A DNA stretch of 64,000 nucleotides. It comes from Eledone cirrhosa (lineage: Eukaryota). Of this stretch, positions 52,475 to 64,000 are shown piece after piece; positions within the stretch are counted from its first letter, which is position 1; each line of letters opens with the position of its first letter. The position numbers were made by a program, and so were the translations under genes. Location: contig OZ024742.1 of assembly GCA_964016885.1 (NCBI GenBank), forward strand, positions 46,500,001 to 46,564,000, in the 5' to 3' direction. Under the pieces are notes generated by a model. It did no database searches and was not told where the DNA came from. It worked only from the letters and a program-made list of their open reading frames with translations.

Positions 52475-53570
52475 CCTTCTTCTCAAGATACGTGGACGAC
52501 ATCCTCATCCTCACACCTTCCCAGGAGATGGCGAACGGGATTTATGAGACGTTCAGCAACACGGACGAGAATATTGACTTAAGTGTTGAACACCCCAATG
52601 GTGACGGGTCCCTTGTCCTCCTTGACTTCCGAATCAACATCACGGAGCAGGGAGGGGCCAATACCAACCTCTATCGCAAGGCAGCCTGCAGGGACTTGTT
52701 AGTCCACTACAAATCTGTCCTCCCTAACAGTGCCAAAAGAGGGTACATCACGAACGAGATCACGTGGATTAAAAATAAATGCAACGATCCCGTGAATGGT
52801 GTCGCCCATACCAAGCAGTTCCACAGGGTGCTGGAGACGAATGGATACCAGCATCATTTATAAGCAGAGTAAGGGACACCAGATGCAAGAGGCGGAGAAA
52901 CATCCAAGTCAAGTGTTTCCTTAAGATCCCGCACCTGGGCAAGAAAACCACCAACGCTATCCGCAGGGCCATACGGAAGGAGGTCCTTGACATCCACTTG
53001 GCCCACTCAGTGCCCTCCCTACGGAGATGCCTCTCCAGGAAACCCGAGAAAATGGTTGACGCGTGTTTCCTCAGCAAATGTTCGATGCGCCAGACGAACT
53101 GTTGCTTATGCAAGAACGTCATATACAAGGTAGAATGTGGCAACTTCTACATCGGTAGCACCATCCGGCCACTACATATTCGGTTCAAGGAGCACGTCAA
53201 CTCTAGGGCCTCGTCTTTGCGGAAACACATAATCAAATACGGAAACAAAGACGGAAGGCCCATTGTCACAGTGTTAGCGACAGAACGCAACGCCGGCACT
53301 TTAAGAATCAAGGAAGCACTCTGGAACAAATGCCTCGGACCTCAAATGAATAACCGATTCGAGGGAAGTGAAACGAGATGGCTGGTGAAAAGAAATGAAA
53401 CAACAACAACACACACAGTAGCAATCGAGCGATTGTTATTGTGTGTATATCGTGTCCACCATCCACCGACCGACAGAGATCAAGCAGGCAGACTACCAAC
53501 ATCATGCCTGCCAGCATCACAGACCGAATGTAAGAAATTGACAGCGAAGATGCGTACGCATTGACACGTC
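52475..53570 (+). pseudogene. Penelope/Poseidon-type PLE, 5'-truncated (RT C-terminal half + GIY-YIG)
   Basis: RYVDDILIL, LLDFRI, LYRK, NGY; NVIYKVECGNFYIGSTIRPLHIRFKEH; IKEAL. Confidence 0.88.
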
Positions 53571-53819
53571 ACCACCTCAATACTCTAGTATAGAAGAACT
53601 GCAACACAGCTAGCAACACATGTTTTTAGTTACTGAATCTCTTTAAAAGATGTTAGACATCATGTTATATCTTTTCTCGCTCTTTACCAGTAAACGAAAA
53701 AATATTGCATGTAAGAGGTATCATTTATTTCCATCTACACAGAGGTTCATGCCAAAATATAAACAATAATGCATTTCTATCTACATGTTGTTATCTGGTG
53801 TCACCTCCAGATTACTGAA

Positions 53820-53993
<174 letters not shown>

Positions 53994-54091
53994 CAGACTG
54001 TAGATCATACAAACACTCACCTACACACACACATATATATGTATATATTTATATATAGATGTATAGATGTATGTAGTTATCTGTACATATA

Positions 54092-54260
54092 TAAATGTAG
54101 TGTGAGGTTTTTGAATAATAATAATAATATTCGATGCGTCTGCAATTATGCAAACAGCCTCTTTAAAGCCATGTCAGTAGAATGACACGGTCGTTCTTGC
54201 TCTTGTGTTGGCATGTAATCAGGACCGTAGGCACTAAAGCTTCTGGGTGATTACCCTTTA
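54092..54260. repeat. Dispersed repeat, about 165 bp; second copy at 55540-55700
   Basis: Shared GCAATTATGCAAACA and GCCATGTCAGTAGAATGA...TTCTTGCTCTTGTGTTGGCATGT. Confidence 0.75.
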
Positions 54261-54309
54261 TCAGTACAATATACTGCTTACATGCCAACTGTCAGAGCTA
54301 GCGTACATA

Positions 54310-54382
<73 letters not shown>

Positions 54383-54388
<6 letters not shown>

Positions 54389-55198
54389 GTTGAGAAGCCA
54401 ACACACCAGAGAGAGATATATAGTGCGTTATCAATAATACAGGGAAAAAACCACCAGTGTATGGAATCTATAACCTATGAAAGGCAGACTATAGACACGA
54501 TAATTAAAAATATAAATTAAAGCGTAAATAAATACCTCTATAACTATATAACACACGTACAAATCCAAAGATATGTTTCACCAGAAAATTTGTTGAAAGA
54601 AATGGTCTAGTCTCGGTTCATCAGCGTGTGTAAGGCCATACATTTCAGACAACACTAAGAGAATTTTGCAATTGACTGTCCAGCTACACGTGGGAGAGAG
54701 AAGTCACAGCGTGTTTAAGGGCAGTGAACAAGTGGCCTCTGAGAGACGAACTGCTAGAAAGGTCAGCCCAAAGCCACTCAGAGAAGTGTGCTCAACCAAA
54801 CAGAGATAGGAAAGACTGTTGTTAGGAGCGAAATATCACGATAAATTAACGGAGGCATAGGCCGTCGTTATTCCCTGTAAATAATGTGCTCAAAGGGGAA
54901 GAGATCCTGAGCCCTTTAAAATATAATATGTTGAGAAGCCAACACACCAGAGAGAGATATATAGTGCGTTATCAATAATACAGGGAAAAAACCACCAGTG
55001 TATGGAATCTATAACCTATGAAAGGCAGACTATAGACACGATAATTAAAAATATAAATTATAACGCACTATATATCTCTCTCTGGTGTGTTGGTTTCTCA
55101 ACATATTATATTTTAAAGGGCTCAGGATCTCTTCCCCTTTGAGCACATTATTTACAGGGAATAACGACGGCCTATGCCTCCGTTAATTTATCGTGATA
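54383..55198. mobile_element. Family A mini-element: 541-nt monomer + partial tandem copy + inverted segment
   Basis: 54383-54520 is repeated at 54924-55060; 55060-55198 is the reverse complement of about 54834-54972; (TA)n flanks; no ORF. Confidence 0.9.
54551..54631 (-). ncRNA. Type-I hammerhead ribozyme, complete fold
   Basis: ACACACG-CTGATGA-ACCGAGA...TCTGGT-GAAA-CATATC-TTTG-GATTTG-TA-CGTGTGT; 7-bp stem I, GUA site. Confidence 0.85.
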
Positions 55199-55461
55199 TA
55201 TATATATATATATATATGCAAAGGTAGACAGAAATAACAACACAATCGGCACAGTATATGGAAGGTATATATTAGGTTAACGCTTGATATAGCAGGAAGA
55301 GGGTCTTAACGTTTCCGACGCTAGTCCTTCATTAAAAGAAAGAATGAGAAATAAATTAGATTAAGGGGACGGGCGGGATGGAATAGGAAAACATGTCTTT
55401 AGATAAAAATACCAGGTCCATTCATGTTGACATCTTTTATATATATATATATATATACATA

Positions 55462-55500
<39 letters not shown>

Positions 55501-55712
55501 AAAGGAACATTTTTTCGCTCTATATGGCTGAATACAATAAATGTAATCTGAGGTTTTCGAATATTAATAATAGCATTCGATTCATTTGCAATTATGCAAA
55601 CAAGCCTCAATTTTATAGCCATGTCAGTAGAATGAACCCTTCATTCTTGCTCTTGTGTTGGCATGTGAACAGAACTAATGTGTCTGGGTATCACCCTTCA
55701 TATATATATATG

Positions 55713-55763
<51 letters not shown>

Positions 55764-55782
55764 ATATATATGTATATATATG

Positions 55783-55890
<108 letters not shown>

Positions 55891-56268
55891 TATCTGTATT
55901 CGTCTTGTTACATTAAATTTACACCACAAGTTTTCTTCATTTAATCAAAATATTGTTTCTTTAACGTTCAAAAACGATCCTTGGATAGAAAAAAACAAAA
56001 TGAATTAAGAAATAATCTTATATATCATTTAAGTTTATGCATTCTGAATTTTTGACAGAGTATTCTGTCATTTTCAGAGATTTGTGTATAGGTCTCAAAA
56101 ACATGGAACGTGTTAGGACTAAAGAAATTGTAATTCAAACCTGAGATAATATTTTTGTGTAACTAAATCTATCCGTTATTTCACTTCGTTTCGTTAAATG
56201 AAGATCGTGGTAGATGGTGTGTAGAATGCATATGAGAACATGCATATGCTTATTCACACACACATTAG

Positions 56269-56379
<111 letters not shown>

Positions 56380-56845
56380 ATGTATATATGTATATATATA
56401 TGTATATATATATGTATATATATGATATATATATATATATATATACATTTCATTTCATGAAATATTGAGCGGTGTTATTTACTTATATAATTTGTTATAA
56501 CATTTTCAATATATTCAGATAGATATTTATCAGATGATGGATTATGTTTAACTAGCAGGAAAAATACTAAGAACAAACAAGAAATAACAAGAACAAAGAA
56601 AAAACAACAAAAAAACAACAACAACAAAACAAAAAACAGATTTGAAATATGTATGGGTTACGCTTGGCAGAATTGTGACAAATGCAAACACTCATAGAAA
56701 CACAGGGTCATACACATAGATATATGATGTGTATCTAGACACAACGGTAAACAGACGCAGAACCAAATATACAACCAGAAAAATAAAAACGAAAGAAACA
56801 AAGGCAAACATACAGAAACGTAAACGTATATATATATATATGTAA

Positions 56846-56991
<146 letters not shown>

Positions 56992-57094
56992 GGGGAGAGG
57001 GGGAATACAATGACTGAGAGTGTGAGAGTCGGAGATTGATTGATAGGTAGATAAGTAGATAGTCTTAGATACATCTATATTCCTATATATTCAC

Positions 57095-57153
<59 letters not shown>

Positions 57154-57158
<5 letters not shown>

Positions 57159-57761
57159 AGGTCACCAGTTGGTGCTACTGGTAACATGTATCCCAGTACA
57201 ACCTGTCTCATGGTCGGGTCGTTGGCGACTAAACTGGTAACCCCACCAAGTTTTCTTGGTGAGGAGGGTGACTTTGGACATCCTGCAGGACTAAAAACAA
57301 AACCTGTCAAAGGGCAAAGGAGCTATTGAGAGTCAATGGCAATCCAAAATCACCGGGAGAGATGACTCCTTAGCCTTTGTCAAGGCAGAATTCTAGGAGA
57401 AGGAAAACTCTGATATAACACCTGCAACCCTGATGGTATCCAATGATGTTGACTTGTTCTTCTTTTTGGTAAATATCATCTTGGTTAAGAGAGTGGGACT
57501 GGCTTTGTGCAGTGCCTTTGCTCACTATAAAAGCTTCACGGCACAGGCATTGCTTTATATCTGGAGATCTCTCTGCACTTGTCGTCACGTGGTACCATGG
57601 GCCCAGCACTGTGTGTCAATCATTGTCACAAGTGTAGTGTTTGTATTAGAGTTTTCAAGTCGCTGGCTGGACTGAAAAGTCACACTCGTTCAGCGCATCG
57701 GTAGGAGTTCTCCTACATGGATATAAAGTAGTGGCCGTACTCGAAAACGAGTTGGCAGCCA

Positions 57762-57765
<4 letters not shown>
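57154..57765 (+). mobile_element. RTE-like non-autonomous element, about 610 bp
   Basis: Near-identical to 36261-36872 in opposite orientation; inside pure (TA)n. Confidence 0.78.
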
Positions 57766-57827
<62 letters not shown>

Positions 57828-57909
57828 GAGTTAAACAAGATTCAATGAGTACATCAAAGAATGAGTTTTACAGTAGATTGGAAGCACTCTACAAGAATAA
57901 TTTTCCAGA

Positions 57910-60190
57910 GTTATTAATATTAAAATATAAATATTAATAAAATAGATGTTCTTTTGATCAATTAAATTTTATTATACATAGTTCGGAAGTACAACACTAC
58001 GTCCTCATCAGACAAAATATATGACATACCCTGAGATGTTAAATTGTTAAGATTCAATGAAGGTAGTGATTAACCTAAGAGAAAACTCATTTATACCCTA
58101 ATAATGAGAAAATGCGAAAACGTAATAAATTCAATCGAGAATGTGTGAGTAAGAAAAACGCTGGTTAATGTGACAGCTATAGAGATTTTAAAATGTAGGA
58201 TACTACAAGTTATGGTTATCTAGGAAAACATCTCATGAATTATAACTGTTCACGAGGGCCGCTGAAAGAGGATTTAAAGAGAGGGAAAGATAAAGGGGAG
58301 TAGTATATGCAGAAAGAGATTTTTTTCCCCAAAGCTAAAGGTTAAGTTTCAAAATATTTAATTTATGTTATTTTCAGGGTGAAGAATCAAGATTTTAGGT
58401 TTCTTTAAAAGTTGCTGGTTATTTATATTTATTAATTTTATAAATTCTATAAGTGTGTTAACATTTCTAAACTTCTGAATTTTATGAGGGTAAAATTTAA
58501 AGGATTTACCTGGCCAGCGAAAGGAAAATTTACACTGTTGAATATTTTCCTAAATGTAATCTTTAACGAAGATTACCTATAAAAATGTCAACATTTTCGG
58601 TATGTAAAGCTTATGAAGTACTTATTGTTAGAAATATTTAAATAACGATTATGTATATAGAGATATATTAATGAGCCAGTATATTTTAGGTAAATGATAA
58701 CGAATATAAAATAATAGATTCAAGCATGCTAAAGTTAAATAGATACCTATATATAAAAGGGTGTAAATGCATGAATTATTCACAGTTCAAAATAAATAAT
58801 AATCTAAAAATTTAGAAGTTATCTAAAAATTATGTATAGAGAGATACAGATAGGTATATATAGATATATATTAAGTATTAGTGATACAGTATACTTTAGG
58901 TAAATGATAACGATTATAATCTTATATAATAGATTTCAACGTGTTACAGTTAAATACATACATATATATAAGAAAAAAAAAAAAATAAATGCATGGATGA
59001 TTCAGAGTTCAAAATAAGGACCGTAATAATTTATAGTTTGGATATTTGCTCTATATTTGAATCATGGATAGAAAAATACGGTAGGTATATTTAAAAACTT
59101 ACAAAAGATAATTACATACATATAATAAATAAAAAATGTAAACACATGAATGATTCACAGTTAAAAATAAGTTCCGTAAAATATATACGGGTTGGATATT
59201 TAAACTAAAATTTAAAACTTAGATAGGAAAATAAAGATAGAGAAATAATGGTATGGATCAAAGTTAATAATATTATGTAATGTAAATCAACGTGTCAGCG
59301 TGTTATTGAACAAGTGTCATTCATTCGAGCGTTATTTCTTCTATAGATAGTTATAAGATAATGCAATATTAAAGGCCATTAATGTTTTCCCCTGTTGGTT
59401 ATATACGTCTGAAAACCAAGTTTTTAATGGTTTGGTGTTTCTTTCTCTTTTTTTCTGGTTTTGTGGGAAGCTAAGAATGTAGACGTAGCTTTATGAAGGC
59501 AGCTAGAGAATAATTCACTTTTTTTGTTAATTAGGGTCTCATAGTTATTAATAATCAACAGGGTCTCTATTGTACAGAGCGCGCAGTTATTTGATATACT
59601 AGATTTGCGGTAAACTCCACAATTCCGAAGTTTTGTCCAAAGAATGGAGTATTTTAAATTCCTCTCTTTTAATGACCATATGAGATGTGATAAAGAAGTG
59701 GATGATTTCCTCTTGGAGTTCGAGAATGAGCATTTATGGTTCGCAAATCTGGCTTTAAATGTAGAAGAAGTCGATCCTATGTAGTTGTATGTGTTGTGAT
59801 CAGTTTTTAGCTTTGGGGAAAAAATCTTTCTGCATATATTACTCCCCTTTATTTAAATCCCCTTTCAGCGGCCCTCATGGACAGTTATAATTCATGAGAT
59901 GTTTTCCAAGATAACCATAACTTGTAGTATCCTACATTTTAAAATCTCTAAAGCTGTCACATTGAATTATTTACGTTTTCCCATTTTCTCATTATTAGGG
60001 TATAATGTTGAGTTTTCTCTTAGGTTAATGACTACCTTGATTAAATCTTAACCATTTAACATCTCAGGGTATGCCATGTATCATTATATTTTGTCTGATG
60101 AGGACGCACTGCTGTACCTCCGAAATATGTATAATAAAATTTAATTGATCAAAAGAACATCTATTTTATTAATATTTGTATTTTAATATT
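57910..60190 (-). mobile_element. 5'-truncated PLE with about 400-bp inverted terminal arms (57913-58338 / 59811-60190)
   Basis: Arms carry CTGATGAGGACG...CCGAA at 60095 (+) and near 58011 (-); GIY-YIG relic inside. Confidence 0.85.
59399..59810 (-). pseudogene. GIY-YIG endonuclease C-terminal part (absent from the ORF track because it lacks a start)
   Basis: Hand translation: YNYIGSTSSTFKARFANHKCSF...SLSHLIWSLK...CALCTIE...LINKKSELFSSCLH; parallels the 38.9-39.2 kb PLE domain. Confidence 0.85.
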
Positions 60191-60361
60191 ATATATATAT
60201 ATTAATCATAATAAACAGCATTGTATATACAACAATTATAAACATAAACGCTAAGGCAAACCTCCATACGTGTTTGTTAGTATATGCAAATAAGATCATT
60301 TACACACACACACACACACATATATATATATGTGTGTGTGTAAATGTCATACTCTCTCTCG

Positions 60362-60394
<33 letters not shown>

Positions 60395-60479
60395 GAGAGA
60401 GAGAGAGCGAGAGAGAGTATGACATTTGTAGAAATTAGTTTTTTTCTACAAATTTCTACAAATTTCATACTCGACAAAC

Positions 60480-60532
<53 letters not shown>

Positions 60533-60540
<8 letters not shown>

Positions 60541-60942
60541 CGTAAAATAAGAAAATTATAAAATTAACTTACTAAAATTTCACTCCCAACTAATTAGTTT
60601 CTAAAAGGGAATAAACATACTTTCCGTCCACTGAAATATTTTTGTATAAGTTCCCTGTGTCCACGTATTGCCTGGAAACTTAGCTGAGAATAGACTTCCC
60701 TGATGACGAAAGGCTTCTCCGTACGCTTCTTCGGAAAGTATGTTTATTCCCTTTCAGAAACTAATTAGTTGAGAGTGAAATTTTAGTAAGTAAGTTAATT
60801 TTATAATTTTCTTATTTTACGTCTCTCATATTATTGTTCTGCAACCCCATGCATTGAACCACAAAGTTACTAAGACAAAACCTATATATTTGCTAGCATA
60901 AGTATGCATCTGTGTATATATATGTTACTAGATATACTAATT

Positions 60943-60945
<3 letters not shown>
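60533..60945. mobile_element. Inverted-pair mini-element (arms 60533-60628 / 60733-60830) with CTGATGA...GAAA core at 60700-60737
   Basis: About 95-bp arms; (TA)n flanks; stem I not convincing. Confidence 0.7.
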
Positions 60946-60996
<51 letters not shown>

Positions 60997-61238
60997 GGAA
61001 AAAATGAAATTTCCTTTCTCACTCTTAGTACGGCTGATACTTAAATATAAGTATTATACGTACATACATATATGTATACAGACGTACAGTAGTATGTATA
61101 TACATACATGCACACATATATATATATGTACGTATGGGTTTACCGAACATTTATTATAATGTTAGGTTTGTTTGTAAACAAACAGCCCGTACAGTGTTCG
61201 GCAACCATCGTTTCCCTTTTGTTCAACACTGACTAAGG

Positions 61239-61281
61239 AAGATGAACACGTTTCTAGCTTATTAGCTGTCATCAGCATCTT
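61239..61281 (-). ncRNA. Minimal type-I hammerhead motif
   Basis: AAGATG-CTGATGA-CAGCT-AATA-AGCTA-GAAA-CGTGT-T-CATCTT. Confidence 0.75.
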
Positions 61282-61719
61282 ATACCTTCCTGTCAGTCGA
61301 TTGAACGTTTGAAAGTATATACTTTCCTTATGCATATTAACGGCTGAGCAGCCTAATTTGCATATCGAGTGAGTTAGTCGGCCGGGTGTACCGAAAACGA
61401 TAAATGAGAAAAATGAAATTTCATTTCTCACTCTTAGTACGGCTAATACTTAAATATAAGTATGTATACGTACATACATATATGTATACAGACGTACAGT
61501 AGTATGTATATATACATACACACATGCACACATATATAGATATATGTACGTATGGGTTTACCGAACATTTATTATAAAGCTCGGTTTGTTTTTCCATTTA
61601 TCGTTTTCGGTACATCCAGCCGACTAACTCACGCGATATGCAAATTATGCTGCTCAGCCGTTAATATGTATAAGGAAAGTATATACTTTCAAACGTTCAA
61701 TCGACTGACAGGAAGGTAT

Positions 61720-61762
61720 ACGATGCTGATGACAGCTAATAAGCTAGAAACTAGTTCATCGT
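61720..61762 (+). ncRNA. Minimal type-I hammerhead motif with palindromic stem III
   Basis: ACGATG-CTGATGA-CAGCT-AATA-AGCTA-GAAA-CTAGT-T-CATCGT. Confidence 0.8.
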
Positions 61763-62008
61763 TCCTTAGTCAGTGTTGAACAAACGGGCAACGATGGCTG
61801 CCTAACACTGTACCGCTAGTAATTCAGGCTTTTTGTTTACAAACAAACCGAACATTATAATAAATGTTCGGTAAACCCATACGTACATGTATATATGTGT
61901 GCATGTATATATGTATATACATACTAGTGTACGTCTATATACATATATGTATGTACGTATACATATATATATATATACACAGATATTTATATATATTATA
62001 TATATAAG

Positions 62009-62069
<61 letters not shown>

Positions 62070-62193
62070 ATACTTGTGTTATAGGGTTCTTCCTAATTGG
62101 TAGCTGGGGATGTGATGGTGTGACTCCAATCATCTAAATTATGGTTTAGGAAAAAGCACTCAATGTGATGGGTAGTAGAGGATGGAGTTCAAA

Positions 62194-62225
<32 letters not shown>

Positions 62226-63576
62226 ATTCATATATATATTCACATGATTATATATTCATATTATTAATACTGTGTATTTGTAATGAAATATTTAAAGATA
62301 AGTTTGATTTCTTGTATTGATGCCCCGCTGGGCGTTCTAGCTTAAAGCTATTATCTGAAGGCAGCATGTTTTAAAACATTTAACCCCTCTGTAAGATATA
62401 TTCGTGAAACGAAGGAAATTAAATTAGGATAGTAAATTGTTATGCGTAGAAACTAGTGATCTTATGGTATCTAATCCGGGGGGATAAAGTAGAATCAACA
62501 TTTTACTGTTCACTCGCATCATAAATTAATTTGAAATCATGCTGGGAATGCAATACACGAAGACTGAATCGTAAATGCGAAAAATCTAGCCTCTGGTTAT
62601 AAACGGGCAATGTAATTTAATAGCAACACTGAAGAGAAGTGATAAAGTGTATTTATCTTTATATTTCCAATCTCCATTGGTTATAACTTCTAAATGATAG
62701 TTTCATACTTTAAACAGTTATATGTTAGATAATGCCAGATATTTTCAAAACAAAAGCTGAGTGGGTGTTAGTTGATAAAATCATTCTGGATAGAATAAAC
62801 TAACATTCGTATCAGTCGAAAATATGGGATTAGATATTATATTTCAAATTCTATTCACTGATATATTTTCTTTGTTATATACTACAAACATTTTGCATAA
62901 CAATTTATCAAATAATTAACCTCTTTAATGTCGTAGGATCCAAAGCATTAATCGAGTTTTGTTCTAAATATTTTATAATATTTATTTACGTCACTTTGGC
63001 CCGCCGTAGTCAACTTCATCTTTTACTCTTTGATGAGTACTAAATTAGTCTTTATGATCTCTTATTCAACTGTACTCCAATCCCAAGGTTTAAAGATTTA
63101 TGTCCATGTAAGAAATGAATATTTAAATTTTAGAGTAATTATACCATAAACAATATTATAAATCTTCTTTTAATAACGCTTCTAATTAGATTTGAAATTA
63201 TTAGATTAATTAACTGTTAATTTTGGTAACGTTTGTTACACAAGGTGAACTTATATTGTCAAATATTTAAGCCTCATATATTACAGTAGTTAGTAATTAA
63301 TTCAGTATATTTAGTAATTAATTATGGTTCAAATTAAGTCATTAAAATTTGCGGAAGCATATTCGATCACCTATTTATGATCAGATGTTTTTCTTAAATT
63401 TGTGAAACTTAGAGTAACACATCTTTAGGTTAAGGTATTAATACACATATTTAAACATGTTGTCTGTGAATCATTTTAGTTTGTGTTTCATCTATATACT
63501 AGTTTTAGTCACAGGATTCTTGTCGTGCTGGGAAACCGTCCTCAAGGACATCAGTATTTATTTATACAATTTCAGC

Positions 63577-63680
<104 letters not shown>

Positions 63681-64000
63681 TATATCATATATTGAGTTAT
63701 AAACTCGAAATAGTCTTTTACAATTAAATGGCTCAAAGAAGGGAATATTTCCGAGCCGTGTAATACAAATAAATATATGAGGGATGAACACCGATACACG
63801 TATACATGTGTTCGAATTGCAACTGACCAAGTTAGCTACGTTGAAAAATACTAATTTAACATAATATGGTTTTCTTGTCTCGATTTAAAATAATATATCA
63901 ATAAAAATAGCCGGCTGCTATTTTTAGCCGCACGAGTATGAGATGAGTTAGGCGCTGTGACACATGTGCGTTCAACAACATATATTTCTCAGTCTTCTTA

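Larger units (their letters stand above)
60993..61970. mobile_element. Family B mini-element: 410-nt monomer + partial tandem copy + inverted monomer
   Basis: 60993-61180 is repeated at 61402-61590; 61590-61970 is inverted; a hammerhead on each arm. Confidence 0.88.

Noticed and set aside
51965-53570. RTE-like element as the pseudo-LTR of the adjacent PLE
   Set aside because: No matching sequence downstream of the GIY-YIG; other copies occur without a PLE, so adjacency looks incidental.

Overview
AT-rich, microsatellite-dense eukaryotic intergenic or intronic DNA with no recognisable host gene. It is probably from an octopod cephalopod, an inference from the SINE family and the (TA)n/(CA)n load. 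Almost all interpretable sequence is repetitive. It contains 30-bp and 29-bp tandem arrays, three Tx1/L1-clade retrotransposons stacked head-to-tail inside a (CCTA)n tract, a 7.2-kb Helitron with both termini plus a deleted one, three Penelope-like elements (PLEs), two decayed R4/Dong-type LINEs, tRNA-SINEs, an RTE-like non-autonomous family and MITEs. The most interesting signal is a set of small, non-coding, mutually unrelated elements. Most carry type-I hammerhead ribozyme motifs and sit in (TA)n tracts. Three occur as tandem or circularly permuted monomers (about 410, 541 and 650 nt), and most are arranged as inverted pairs with both 3' ends facing outward. The coding PLEs share this architecture, which suggests a PLE-mobilised, retrozyme-like circular RNA system. 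All alignments and folds were done by eye, so boundaries are approximate.
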